Shown here one piece after another: positions 13,340 to 25,152 of a stretch of DNA of 64,000 nt. The stretch covers positions 116,126,001-116,190,000 of the forward strand of contig NC_043001.1 in NCBI RefSeq assembly GCF_006345805.1. Reading direction: 5' to 3'. A program made the position numbers and the translations under genes. Under the pieces are notes generated by a model. That model had not been told where the DNA came from, ran no database searches, and saw only the letters and a program-made list of their open reading frames with translations. This DNA is from Octopus sinensis (lineage: Eukaryota). Positions within the stretch are counted from its first letter, which is position 1; each line of letters starts with the position of its first letter.

Positions 13340-13552
13340 TTAAAAATTAATGCATGGGTATTATAGGTCCGAGTCGAAAATGTGCCTGAAATTTATTGAT
13401 GGTGTTATTGCAGCTGTCTTTGCCCGATCTTCTTGAAACAGCCCCAGGTTGGAATGCGGCCATAATATTTAATTCTATATCAACTCTGATCCAGTAAATC
13501 TATAACCAAAGACTGACCGTCATGACCAAGCCATTTTCTTTCTGAGATATCG

Positions 13553-13935
13553 TCATCATCATCGTTTAATATCCACCTTCCATGCTAGCATGGGTTGGAT
13601 GATTTGACTGAGGGCTGGCGAACCAGATGGCTGCACAATGCTTCAATCTTGATCTGGCAGAGTTTCTACAGCTGGATGCCCTTCCTAACGTCAACCACTC
13701 CGAGAATGTAGTGGGTGCTTTTACGTGCCACCAGCACGGGGCCAGTCAGATGGTACTGGCAACGACCTCGCTCAAATCTTTTACACATGCCAGTAAGGCG
13801 ATGCTGGTAACGATCACGCTCGAATGGTGCCTTTTATGTGTCACTGGCATGGAAGCCAGTTAGCCGGTCTGTCAACAATCACACTCGTATGGTCCTCTTT
13901 GCACCCCGCTAGCACGGATGCCAGTCATTGAATTT
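13553..13935 (-). mobile_element. Family R (RTE 3'UTR) copy
   Basis: (cat)n on the plus strand followed by the conserved gcatgggttgga...ctggatgcccttcctaac block. Confidence 0.83.
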
Positions 13936-14483
13936 AATTTTGATCTAGACAACATTATCTAATCTTGTCCTTTCTTTACATAAGGTAGCAGGATGGGATT
14001 TAAGGGAGGTTTGGCTGCTGAGTCTAACAAATTGAGTAACCACATAGCAGCTCCCTAGTTTGCAAGGAGAAAATTAAATATGCCACAAACACAAAACACA
14101 GCACACATACAACTGATAGAATGCAAAGTTAACTCACTAAAACCAATTTGATACAAGCCTACCTGAGGCTGCTCCTGGTTTTATAATATAAGTTTACAAT
14201 TTAAATTAAAACCTTCCATCAAAATTCCTTGTTAATTTTATGTTCCAAACACCATTTTAATATTGATATTATACAAAATTCTTCATTGTTTTCAAAATTC
14301 ATTGAAACCGATGCAGTATATTTCAACAGAAGAATGCTAATGCAAAGTTTTAAATCTTTACATTTCTGCCAAAAACTATCAGTAAATCATATCAATAAAG
14401 CAACAGAACTAATGATTGATAGTATCTATAGTTCCTGGATGTATTAGCAAAACCTATTGTTAATGTATAGCATAGAGCTAGAA

Positions 14484-14775
14484 CAAGGGTTCTCAACCAT
14501 TTTTTTGTCCATGGACCCTCGTAACTGTTCAATGTTTAAAAACTAGTTTTATAGACCCTTCTTTCAAAATCCCTATTTTGTTTTACACGCATCAACTTGG
14601 GTAAGTTGAACTATGTAAACTCTTAGAGAAAGAAACCAAGCTGTTTCTTGCAATACATACCAAAATTTTTTTTTTAAGGGCTCCTTAAAATACTGTTGTG
14701 GATCCCCAATTTAACATTTTGTTGCATGGACCCCTTCCCCCAAATTCTTATATGGACCCCAGTTGAGAACTATTG
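14484..14775. mobile_element. hAT (Charlie-like) MITE
   Basis: TIRs caagggttctcaac / gttgagaactattg; 8-bp TSD agctagaa/agctaggg. Confidence 0.8.
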
Positions 14776-14779
14776 AGCT

Positions 14780-15195
14780 AGGGCACCGTTTTGAAGAATT
14801 TTAACCGAACAAATCAACCCCTGAATTTCTTTTTATTCTGTTGGTTTCTTTTGCTGAACTGCTAAGAAGTAATTGTATTGTCTCTTAAGGTAAAGAATCG
14901 TAGGAGACTGTGCTTCTGTAATGTTGTTAGTATCGAAGTGAACCTCTTATTTTATTGAAGAAATCTGCAAGATATAAAGACACCAACACTGGTTGTCAAG
15001 TGGTGTAATTGGGAACAAACACAGACACATAGGCACAAACACACACACATATATATACGAGGGGCTTCTTCACAAGGTTTTGGTCAGCCTGAGGCTCTAG
15101 TAAAAGACACTTGCACAAGGTGCTATGCAGTGGGACTGAACTTGAAACCATGTGGTTGAGAACCAAACTTCTTATCGCACAGCCATGCCTGCACC
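14780..15195 (-). mobile_element. SINE family B carrying a foreign insert of about 100 bp
   Basis: Insert at 14866-14964 sits in the SINE body. Confidence 0.75.
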
Positions 15196-15256
15196 TTTAT
15201 AATAAATTCGATAACTACTTTTAATAAATTAATTATTTAATTACTGAAACACTTAC

Positions 15257-15414
15257 TTTTGCAGTTGCTGGTCACTTTCAGCCTTAAAATAGTGTACTTG
15301 TTGTTCTCTTTGACTAAGTTTAAAGACATGTGTTCGGTCTACTATAGGATCATTTTCATCTATCACAGTGACTGTATAACCTGGTAATGGCATCGTTGAC
15401 AGAGCATAGCCATC
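15257..15414 (-). CDS. FGD: FGD exon, PH2: DGYALSTMPLPGYTVTVIDENDPIVDRTHVFKLSQREQQVHYFKAESDQQLQ
   Basis: Acceptor tttccttctag|, donor AA|gtaagt; 158 nt; PLPGY.V and YF.AES motifs. Confidence 0.94.
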
Positions 15415-15977
15415 CTAGAAGGAAAAAAAGGATGAAAAGAAAGACAATGAGTGATAAAGCTATCATGAATATCATTTAATATATTTTAGACAAAGCTTGG
15501 CTATTATAGAGGCAGAATCAAGTAAAGGAGGGGAGCAAGAAAAGGGACACTGCATAATACTGCAGGATGTTATGGACATCAACTAATATATGTGATTGAT
15601 ATGAAATGATGATGATGACAATAATGATGATGATGAGGAGGAGGAGGATGATAATCCTTTCTTTATTGACCACAAGGAACCATACATACTACACAAAGAT
15701 GTGTTATACAAAACTATTGCAGAATATATGGCTACATGCATGAATGTCACAAATGGTGTTGTGAATGCCAAATCGTCATAGAATTAAGCAGAATGGGTTA
15801 AATGAATAATAAAAGTCTCCTTATACTGTTTAAAGTTGGGATCCCAACATCATTATATTTACTTTGCTCTGCAGACAATAAAATAAGTACCAGTCATATA
15901 CTTGTGTATTCAGCAATTATTATTATATACCAGGGTAGGAAATCATCATCATCATTATTATTATTATTATTATTACT

Positions 15978-16292
15978 AAGGCAGCAAGCTGGCAGAATCG
16001 TTAGCATGCTGGACAAAATGCTTAGTGGGTTCAAATTCTACCGAGGTTGACTCTGCCTTTTATCCTATCAGGATAGATAAAATAAGTACCAGTCAAGCAT
16101 GAGGGTCAATCTAATTGGCTAGTGCCTTCCCCAAATTTTAGGCCTTGTGCCTATAGCAGAAAGAATTATTATTATTGAGAGAGCAGCACATTCTATCAAA
16201 GTGACCCTGGGATACAAATATATGAAGCCCAATATACCCTTCATGACTACCTGTCTGATAAGGGTGCACCAGGTACATTATTATTATCATCA

Positions 16293-16329
<37 letters not shown>

Positions 16330-17660
16330 CATCATTATTATTATCATTATTAAGGCAGCGAGCTGGCAGAATCATTAGCACATTGGACAAAATGTTTAAT
16401 GGTATTTCGCCCATCACTTTGTTCTGAGTTCAAATTCCACCGAGGTCGATTTTGCCGTTCATCCTTTCAGGGTTGATTAAATAAGTACCAGTTATGCACT
16501 GGGAAGGAGGGGTCAATGTAATCAACTTATCCCCGCCCCACAAATTCCAGACCTTGTGCCTATAACAGAAAAGATTATTATCATTATTATAATTAAGGTG
16601 GTGAGCTAGCAGAATCATTAGCACACTGGATGAAATGCTTAGTGGTATTTTGCCAATCATTACGTTCTGAGTTCAAATTCCGCCAAGGTTGACTTTGCCA
16701 TTCGTCCTTTCGAGCTTGATAAATTAAGTACTAGTCAAGTACTGGAGTCAATGTGATCCCCCTCCCTCAAATTCCTGGCCTTGGGCCTATAGTAGAAAGG
16801 ATTATTATTATTATTGTTAAGGTGGTGAGCTGGCAGAATTGTTAAGATGCCAGGCAAAACGCTTAGCAGCATTTTGTCTGTCTTTACAGTCTGAGTTCAA
16901 ATTCCACCAAGATTGGCTTTGTCTTTCATCCTTTTGGGTATGATAAAATAAGTACCAGTTGCATACTGGGGTCAATGTAATTGACTAGCCCCCTCCTCCA
17001 AATTTCAGGCCTTGTGCTTATAGTAGAAAGGACTATTGTTATTATTAGGGTGGGGGACAGGCAAAATCAGAGTGTTGTCAAGATTTGAATTCAGAACATA
17101 TCTTGTGGTATTTCTTCTGTTACTTCACAATCTGAGTTCAAATTCCATTGAGATCAACTTTGGCTTTCATTGTTTCAGGGTTAAAATAGGACACTAAATG
17201 AGAACATTAAATAAGCTATATCACATTTGTCTCACTGCGTATTTCCATTTCTACTTGATGTAAAGGAGTTTTAATAATTATTTTTTTCATTTTAACCTAT
17301 TTTCAATCATCTGTAAAAAATTTTAAAGTAATATTCAGAAATTTAAATACTCTGGGACTTAATGGGTTAAGCCCTGGACTTGATGATACTGACTTACTCT
17401 CCCATCAAAAATTGCTGATCTTGTGTCTAAATCAGAAACTTAGTGAGCTGGAAGAATTTTTCAAGCATCAGAAGGAATGCTTTGTGGCATTCATTATGGC
17501 TCTTTACATTCTGAGTTCAAATCTTGTCATGGTCAACTTTGCCTCTTGTCCCTGTGAGGGTTATTAAAATAAAGTACAAATCAAGTCCTGGAGTCGATGG
17601 AATTGATTAACTCCCTCCCACTAAACTGCTGGCCTGGTGCCAACATTTGAAACTATTACA
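15978..17660 (+). mobile_element. Head-to-tail cluster of about 6 SINE family C copies with (TTA)n linkers
   Basis: Heads aaggcagcaagctggcagaatc-like at about 15979, 16352, 16595, 16818, 17047 and 17440. Confidence 0.85.
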
Positions 17661-17791
17661 GCAAAGAATGTTATGTGGTGAACAAGGCTGAAAGGATTGA
17701 AGAAAGACCGCTTCCTCTTCAGTCAAGCCCTCATCAACTTTTTTAAACCAAACTGAGGCACTGTTCTCAAAATATACAGAGAATTTCTTTC

Positions 17792-18045
17792 ATCATCATC
17801 ATTTAACGTCCGTTTTCGGTGCTAGCACGGGTTGGACGGTTCAACTGGGGTCTGGGAAGCCAGGTGGCTGCACCAGGCTCCAGTCTGATCTGGGAGTGTT
17901 TCTACAGCTGGATGCCCTTCCTAACGCCAACCACTCCGTGAGGGTAGCGAGTGCTTTTTATGTGCCAGGGGAGGCTGGCAGCGACCACAATCGGTTGGTG
18001 TTTTTTTATGTGCCACTGGCACAGAAGCCAGTCAAGGCGGCGCTG
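17792..18045 (-). mobile_element. Family R copy
   Basis: Conserved 3'UTR block and tail. Confidence 0.83.
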
Positions 18046-18528
18046 TTCCAATAATTACTTTTTCAATTAAATATTAGTGTCAAATATTTCTCCCACAATT
18101 TAGGTGATAGCATAATGGCAGAGTGTGAGGTAGACATAAAAAAATACCCTTATATGTCTTTAGATTGGTTTTTAATTTTTCACATAGTAAAATATGTAAT
18201 TATTATTATCAACAATGCAACAACAATAAAGAATAACAGAAATAATCATTGTCATCATTTAACGTCCATTTTCCATGCTGGGATGGGTTGGATGGTTTGA
18301 CAGGAGCTGGCCAACCAGAGAGCTGACACCAGGCTCCAATTGTCTGTTTTGGCATGGTTTCTAGGGCTGGATGCTCTTCCTAATGTCAACCACTTTACAA
18401 AGTGTAAAGGGTGTTTGTTTACATGGCACCAGCACCAGTGCTCTGTACATGTAACCAGCATGGGTGCTTTATATGTGGCACCTGCACAGGTCTTTTATAC
18501 ATAGCACCTGCAAGGGTACTTTTTAAGT

Positions 18529-18895
18529 TTTTGGAAGCACTCCGTCGGTTACGACGATGAGGGTTCCGGTTGATCCGAATCAACGGAACAGCCTGCTCGT
18601 GAAATTAACGTGTAAGTGGCCGAGCACTCCACAGACACGTGCACCCTTAACGTAGTTCTCGGGGATATTCAGCGTGACACAGAGAGTGACAAGGCCGGCC
18701 CCTTGAAATACAGGTACAACAGAAACAGGAAGTAAGAATGAAAGAAAGGTGTAGTGAAAGAGTACAGCAGGGATCACCACCATCCCCTGCCGGAGCCTCG
18801 TGGAGCTTTTAGGTGTTTTTGCTCAATAAACACTCACAACGCCCAGTCTGGGAATCGAAACCGCGATCCTATGACCACTGGGCCATTGCGCCTCC
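18529..18895 (-). mobile_element. tRNA-SINE family D with 11-bp TSD
   Basis: TSD actttttaagt at 18518-18528 and 18896-18906; head ggaggcgcaatggcccagtgg; inserted about 20 nt into the intron after the exon ending at 18928. Confidence 0.88.
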
Positions 18896-18927
18896 ACTTT
18901 TTAAGTAGAAATCTATTCAATAATTAC

Positions 18928-19056
18928 CTGGTTACTTTTGAAAATGTACATGACAAAATTATCATGCACGGAAAAAAATCGTCTGCACCAGCTCTTACAA
19001 TGGTCTGTACTTATATGTAGGTAGCCACACTGGACATTAGGTTCAGTAGCTTTACA
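18928..19056 (-). CDS. FGD: FGD exon, PH2 start: CKATEPNVQCGYLHISTDHCKSWCRRFFSVHDNFVMYIFKSNQ
   Basis: Acceptor tttttatttcag|, donor CAG|gtaatt; 129 nt; GYL...KSW.RR.F...Y.FK PH pattern. Confidence 0.93.
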
Positions 19057-19174
19057 CTGAAATAAAAAGAAAAGTGCAGAATGTTACAAATAAAAAATGA
19101 CAGAATATCATCAATTTTACATCTTTTTTTTTTTCGAAACTTGAATGAGGTCTCGAAAAGTCTTAGCAACTTTA

Positions 19175-19542
19175 CAATGTGTGAAAAGTCTGGCTGCATC
19201 CGAAAAAATAAACACAAAATTTATTACACGAATCTGTTACCACCATGACAGTCAACTATTTGACGCCGAACACGAGTTTGATGTTGAATACATCCACGAA
19301 TTTTCCGCTCAGATAGCTCTTCCCAAGACTGCAAGACAGCTTCGTGCAATTTATGCCTCGTTGTAGGGTTTTTCAGTTCCAACTTTATCAGCCAAAACTT
19401 TGAAAATGCCTTCATCTAATGGATTCCATGTGTAAACATGTGTTGAATAGAACTCACTGAATAAATCTTAATTAACTGTGTTGTCAATTGTATGCACCTG
19501 ACATATGCTAACGTGTATGCAGCCAGACTTTTCACACAGAGG
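19175..19542 (-). mobile_element. Internally deleted Tc1-like element
   Basis: Perfect 22-bp inverted repeat 19178-19199 / 19517-19538; minus-strand remnant NPLDEGIF...KLHEAVLQSWEEL...RQIVDCHGG matches a Tc1 C-terminus. Confidence 0.82.
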
Positions 19543-19894
19543 ATAGATTGAGTGTCTTTATCTTTAAAATTTTTCATGACACTAATTCTTGAGACATTGT
19601 CAGCTAGCTTGTATCAGTATATATTAGGAGTTATAGTACTCCTAGATGGGTTGCTTACAATGAAGTTTGTAGAGACCACGTTTCTTTCATTTGTTCTTTT
19701 TTTTACTCCCCATTCAGAAAAATGTCTGCATTAAAAAAACACACATACACACATCCAATTAACTCTTAATTGCTTTTAATTAAAATAAAATCAAAAAAAC
19801 TATTATACTTTGATATATATCAAAGAGGAGAACTTGTGTGTTTATTTGAGATGACAATGGCTAAAAATTGACTGGGGTATTTACTCAGAGTTTA

Positions 19895-19896
<2 letters not shown>

Positions 19897-19926
<30 letters not shown>

Positions 19927-20240
19927 TTAACGTCCGTTCTCCATGCTAGCATGGGTTGGATGGATTGACCGGGGATCTGGGAAGCCAGGAGGCTGCACCA
20001 GGCTCCAGTCTTATCTGGCAATGTTTCTACAGCTGGATGCCCTTCCTAATGCCAACCACTCTGTGAGTGTAGTGGGTGCTTTTTACGTGCCACCCGCACA
20101 GGTGCCAGGCGAGGCTGGCAACGGCCACGGTCGGATTGGTGCATTTTACGTGCCACTGGCACGGAAGCCAGTCGAGGCGGCGCTGGCATCGGCCACGATT
20201 CGGATGATGCTTTTTACGTGCCACCAGCACGGAAGCCAGT
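19897..20240 (-). mobile_element. Family R copy
   Basis: Long (cat)n plus the conserved block. Confidence 0.85.
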
Positions 20241-20939
20241 CGTAAAATCATTATTCAGCTAATACTACTTAGACAAATTAAAAATCAGTCCTTCATGATG
20301 AAAATAAAGAATTTTGTAGTGGTGATTAGTTACAGGTGGTACTAATAGTAGTGGTTGAAACGATGGTGTGAGGTAGTAGTAGTAGTAGTAGTGATGTTGT
20401 GGTGTGAGAAATGGTCATAAAGAGATTGTGGTGAAAGTGGTATGGGTGGTACCAGTGGTGGTATTGACAGATATAATAATGGATGAGCTGGTGTTAGTGG
20501 TAGAGTGGATGGTGGTGGTGAAAGTACAATTGGTGATGCAGATGGTAGTACTGGTGATACAATGAATGGTGGAGGTGGTGGTGATAGCAGAATTGACAAT
20601 AGTGAAAATACAGGTAGTGGTAGTGGTGAGAGTAGAGGTTTTGATAAACATGGTGGTGGTGGTGGTGGTGGTGGTAATGTATATTTTATAAAACCCAAAA
20701 CTATAATTATTATCAAAATAATGTTAATGAGATAATCGTTAAAGTTTGCATGGTAGTTGTTGTTTAGCACCAGGTCATCCTTGACTGAGCAAAACCTATG
20801 ATCAAAGACTTTCTAATTTTAATTATCCCATCTTTTATGTATGCAAAAACAACCAAAAGAAACAAAAAAAAAATGAAAAAAAAAAAATAAATAAACATCT
20901 ATCCAATAACCAAAATAAATAGAGTATTGGTATAATTAC

Positions 20940-21092
20940 CTCTAAAATATTTCTCTTCTCATATGGGGATTCTCCGTTGTTCCGAGTGACAACAGCATCC
21001 AACATTTCAAAACATTTGTCACAAACTCTGTTTAGTTTATTATCATCGTACAGTAGAGGAAGTTTTCGAGATGAACATTTTCCACACACGAC
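20940..21092 (-). CDS. FGD: FGD exon, FYVE C-half: VVCGKCSSRKLPLLYDDNKLNRVCDKCFEMLDAVVTRNNGESPYEKRNILE
   Basis: Acceptor tgttacag|, donor GAG|gtaatt; CxxC and RVCxxC motifs; 153 nt. Confidence 0.96.
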
Positions 21093-21337
21093 CTGTAACA
21101 AATAAAACGTGAATTTTTTTACATTCATCATTGCACAATCATCATATTTCTTTTAAATTTGTATCTGAAATTGTAGTCATGGCTATAGCTGGTACCATGT
21201 AAATGTGTGTGTATGTATATGATGGGCTTCTTTCAGTTTCCATGTACCAAATCCATTCACAAGGTTTCCGCTGGCTTGGGCTATAGTAGGCAACACTTGC
21301 TCAATGTGCCATGTAGAGTGGAATTAGAGTTAGGCTG

Positions 21338-21962
21338 TTACCGGGGCCTTGTAAATAAATGGCACCCATGGATCATAGTCGTAGTTATGGTTGTTGATGG
21401 TACCATGTAAACGGCTCCAGTGAATCATAGTTGTTTTTATAGCTGGTGCCGTGTAAAGAGCACCCACGAATCATCGTGGTCATTACCGGTGCCATGTAAA
21501 TAAATGGCACCCATGGATCATAGTCGTAGTTATGGTTGTTGATGGTACCATGTAAACGGCTCCAGTGAATCATAGTTGTTTTTATAGCTGGTGCCGTGTA
21601 AAGAGCACCCACGAATCATCGTGGTCATTACCAGGGCCTTGTAAATAAATGGTACCCATGGATCATAGTCGTAGTTATGGTTGTTGATGGTACCATGTAA
21701 ACGGCACCAGTGAATCATGGCTGTTTTTATTGCTGGTGCCGTGTAAAGAGCACCCACGAATCATCATGGTCATTACCGGTGCCATGTAAAGCCACCCATG
21801 AATCGTACTCCTGTAGTGGTTGGCGTTAAGAAGGGCATCCAGCTGTAGAAACTTTGCCAAATCAAACTGGGACCTGGTGCAGCTCTCCTACTCATTAGCT
21901 CCAGTCAAACCAAGTGACCCATGCCAGCATGGAGAGCGGATATTAGATGGTGATGATGATGA
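21338..21962 (+). repeat. 145-bp tandem repeat (3 units plus partial) leading into a family R tail
   Basis: Anchor tgtaaa recurs at exact 145-bp spacing (gtaaa at 21351, 21496, 21641, 21786). Confidence 0.9.
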
Positions 21963-22232
21963 TCTATTAAATCATTAGTCATCACACGTTTTTTTAATGT
22001 TTGTTCTCTAAGCACATAGGCACAGACATTGCTATGTGGTTAAGATGTTTGCTTCACAACTACATAGTTTGTGGCTCAGTTCCACTACATTGCACATTGA
22101 GCAAGTGCTTCCTACTATAGCCCAAGCCAGCTGAAACCTTGTGAATGGATTTGGTACATGGAAACTGAAAGAAGCCCATCATATACATACACACACACAT
22201 ATGTATATATGCACCACACACACATACATATT

Positions 22233-22645
22233 ACTCTTACTCTCTCTTACTCTTTTACTTGATTCAGTCATTTGACTGTGGCCATGCTGGAGCACTGCCT
22301 TTAGTCAAGCAAATCGACCCTAGGACTTATTCTTTGTAAGCCTAGTACTTGTTCTATCAGTCCCTTTTGCCAAACCGCTAAGTTACAGGGACGTAAGCAC
22401 ACTAGCATCGGTTGTCAAGCGATGTTGGGGGACAAACACAGACACACAAACACTCACATATATATACATATACATATATACGACGGGCTTCTTTTCAGTT
22501 TCCGTCTACCATATCCACTCACAAGGCTTTGGTCGGCCCGAGGCTATAGTAGGAGACACTTGCCCAAGGTGCCACGCAGTGGGACTGAACCCGAAACCAC
22601 GTGGCTGGTTAGCAAGCTACTTACCACACAGCCACTCCTGCACCT
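22233..22645 (-). mobile_element. Full-length SINE family B
   Basis: A box tggctgtgtgg and B-box-like ggttcagtccc on the minus strand; (ctctta)n tail on the plus strand. Confidence 0.88.
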
Positions 22646-23159
22646 ATATATGTATACATACATACAAATACATGTATCTGTACATACATGTGTGGGGGGT
22701 TGTGTGTGTGTGTCCTTGTCTTAGCATCATATGATAGTTGTGATTGTGTGTTACTGTTATGCAAGTGGTGTCATTCATTTCCAGTCTCCCATTAAAACAT
22801 GTCCAGACAAAGGGAAATATTACTGCACTTGGAAACAGCTGAGTGTTGGCAACAGTAAGAGTATCCAACTGTAGAAATTGTACTTCAATGAATTCCTTAT
22901 TTCCCTATGTAAGAATGGAAAGTGGACATTATGATGATGATGATGATGATCGTGAAATTCTGCTTATCCACCATCATTTGGTAGGGAAATTATTGATTTC
23001 AAATTTTGGCACAAGGCCAGCAATTTACAGGGAGTTGGGGTTAAATCAATTACATCAACCCCAGTGCTCAATTGGTACTTATTTTATTGACTCCGAAAGA
23101 ATGAAAGGAAAAGTTGACCTTGACAGAATTTGAACTCAGAACATAAAGATGACTGAAAT

Positions 23160-23392
23160 ACCTATTTCTATACTACCCACAAGGGGCTAAACACAGAGGG
23201 GACAAACAAGGGCAGACAAACAGATTAAGTCGATTATATCGACCCCAGTGCGTAACTGGTACTTAATTTATCGACCCCGAAAGGATGAAAGGCAAAGTCG
23301 ACCTGGGCGGAATTTGAACTCAGAACGTAATGGCTGAACTACCACTTAGCATTTTGCCTGGCATGCTAATGATTCTCCCAGCTTGCTGCCTT
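23160..23392 (-). mobile_element. SINE family C
   Basis: Same consensus as the copy at 10026. Confidence 0.85.
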
Positions 23393-23628
23393 AGGTAGAG
23401 AAATTATTGAAAGCTGTTTGATTGTCACACTGACAGATTGTCTGATAATGAGATTACTTTGATCACTTGTGTTTCAGCACTATTTGTAGAACAAAGTTTC
23501 TAACATGTATAGACTGACAATGTGATGCAATTAATTTTCAAAACTAAAACTAATTAAGAATAGATTATTAAAATAACAGTAACTTCTATATTTATTGTTA
23601 TTGTTCTTGTTTAATTACTTGTTTAATA

Positions 23629-24037
23629 GGCGCAGGAGTGGCTGTGTGGTAAGTAGCTTGCTAACCAACCACATGGTTCCGGGTTCAGTCCCACTGCGTG
23701 GCATCTTGGGCAAGTGTCTTCTGCTATAGCCCCGGGCCGACCAATGCCTTGTGAGTGGATTTGGTAGACGGAAACTGAAAGAAGCCTGTCGTATATATGT
23801 ATATATATATATATGTATATATATATATGTGTGTGTCTGTGTTTGTCCCCATAGCATTGCTTGACAACCGATGCTGGTGTGTTTACGACCCCGTCACTTA
23901 GCGGTTCGGCAAAAGAGACCGATAGAATAAGTACTGGGATTACAAAGAATAAGTCCCGGGGTCGATTTGCTCGACTAAAGGCAGTGCTCCAGCATGGCCA
24001 CAGTCAAATGACTGAAACAAGTAAAAGAGTAAAAGAG
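23629..24037 (+). mobile_element. Full-length SINE family B, young subfamily
   Basis: Head ggcgcaggagtggctgtgtggtaag, tail gtaaaagagtaaaagag. Confidence 0.9.
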
Positions 24038-24385
24038 AGTTGGCTCTGAGTGAGTAATTCTACAATCAAGATTCTTCCAGCCATAATTATGCCATCTTTT
24101 TTTGTATATTAATAATGAATGCATTGTTAAATATAGTCTTCTCTATTTAAGACAGTTGGATACCATTTCTAGTAAGCTGGGCAACTATATATAGGCTTGC
24201 ATCTGTCACCCAACGTTTTTGTATTTTCTCTCTATATATTTTCCTTCCTTCACTCACTTTCTCCTAAACATATTTTTGCAGTCAACCTACTCACAGACAA
24301 TCTCTCTCTCTCTCTCTCTCTTTCTGTGTATAATACATGGATATACATACACATAAATAAATAACAACAGATAGATAATGGTTCA

Positions 24386-24471
24386 TTCACTACAATTGTT
24401 TCCAACGAGTTTTTTCATTGATGAATAAAGATGTTACATCATGTGAAAAAAATACGCTTTCATCAGGTGAA
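24386..24471 (-). ncRNA. Candidate type I hammerhead ribozyme in an FGD intron (sense strand)
   Basis: UUCAC-CUGAUGA-[57-nt hairpin]-GAAAC-AAUU-GUA-GUGAA. Perfect 5-bp stem I, intact CUGAUGA and GAAA, palindromic helix III ACAAUUGU, GUA triplet; base of stem II is imperfect. Confidence 0.62.
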
Positions 24472-25152
24472 GATACAGGAATTACATGTTTAAAAAAAAC
24501 ATTCCAAAAATCACCTGTTTGTGCCACTATATGATTCCATGACCAGCACTAAGCTAAAGAGCAAATACATACTAACATACATACATATGTATGTGTGTGT
24601 GTGTGTGTGTGTATGTATATATATATGTGCATATTTATATATGTGTGTGTGTATATATACACATGCACATATATAAAAAAAAACCTGCCACTCTATTGGA
24701 ACAGCTTGCACATGAAATTGATATGGTAGTAGCTGAGTACAGCACAGGCACACATATCCTTAATGTAGTTCTCAAGGAGATTCAGTGTGGCACAGAATGT
24801 GACAAGGCTGGCCCTTTGAAATACATGTTCAACTCATTTTTACCAGCCGAGTAGACTGGACCAACATGAAATAAAGTGTCCTGTTCCAGGATACAATGTG
24901 CTGCGAGGAATTGAACTCATGGCCTTACGATTAGGAGCTGAATACCCAAAACACCAAGGCATGCAACTTCACACACAGATTTACATACAGATATATACAC
25001 ACTCCTAAGTTGACAGTTTCACCTTGATTTTTTTTAATGTAGTATATGAGAACGTGTGATTATCATACACAAACAGACACACACATATATACAACATAAG
25101 AGATACCATGTGAACTAGCAACACTGAGAGCAATGGTAAAATGTATACTTAC

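Noticed and set aside
13345-13490. Open in-phase frame in the last intron (possible alternative terminal exon)
   Set aside because: Weak acceptor; it would delete the invariant PH2 tryptophan; no supporting similarity.
20342-20770. Gly/Pro/Thr-rich ORFs (MDGGGESTIGDADGS...)
   Set aside because: Decayed GGT/AGT trinucleotide repeat with no splice context or domain.
21338-21800. Regularly spaced repeats as a possible CRISPR-like array
   Set aside because: Contiguous tandem units without unique spacers, in a eukaryotic LINE 3'UTR context.
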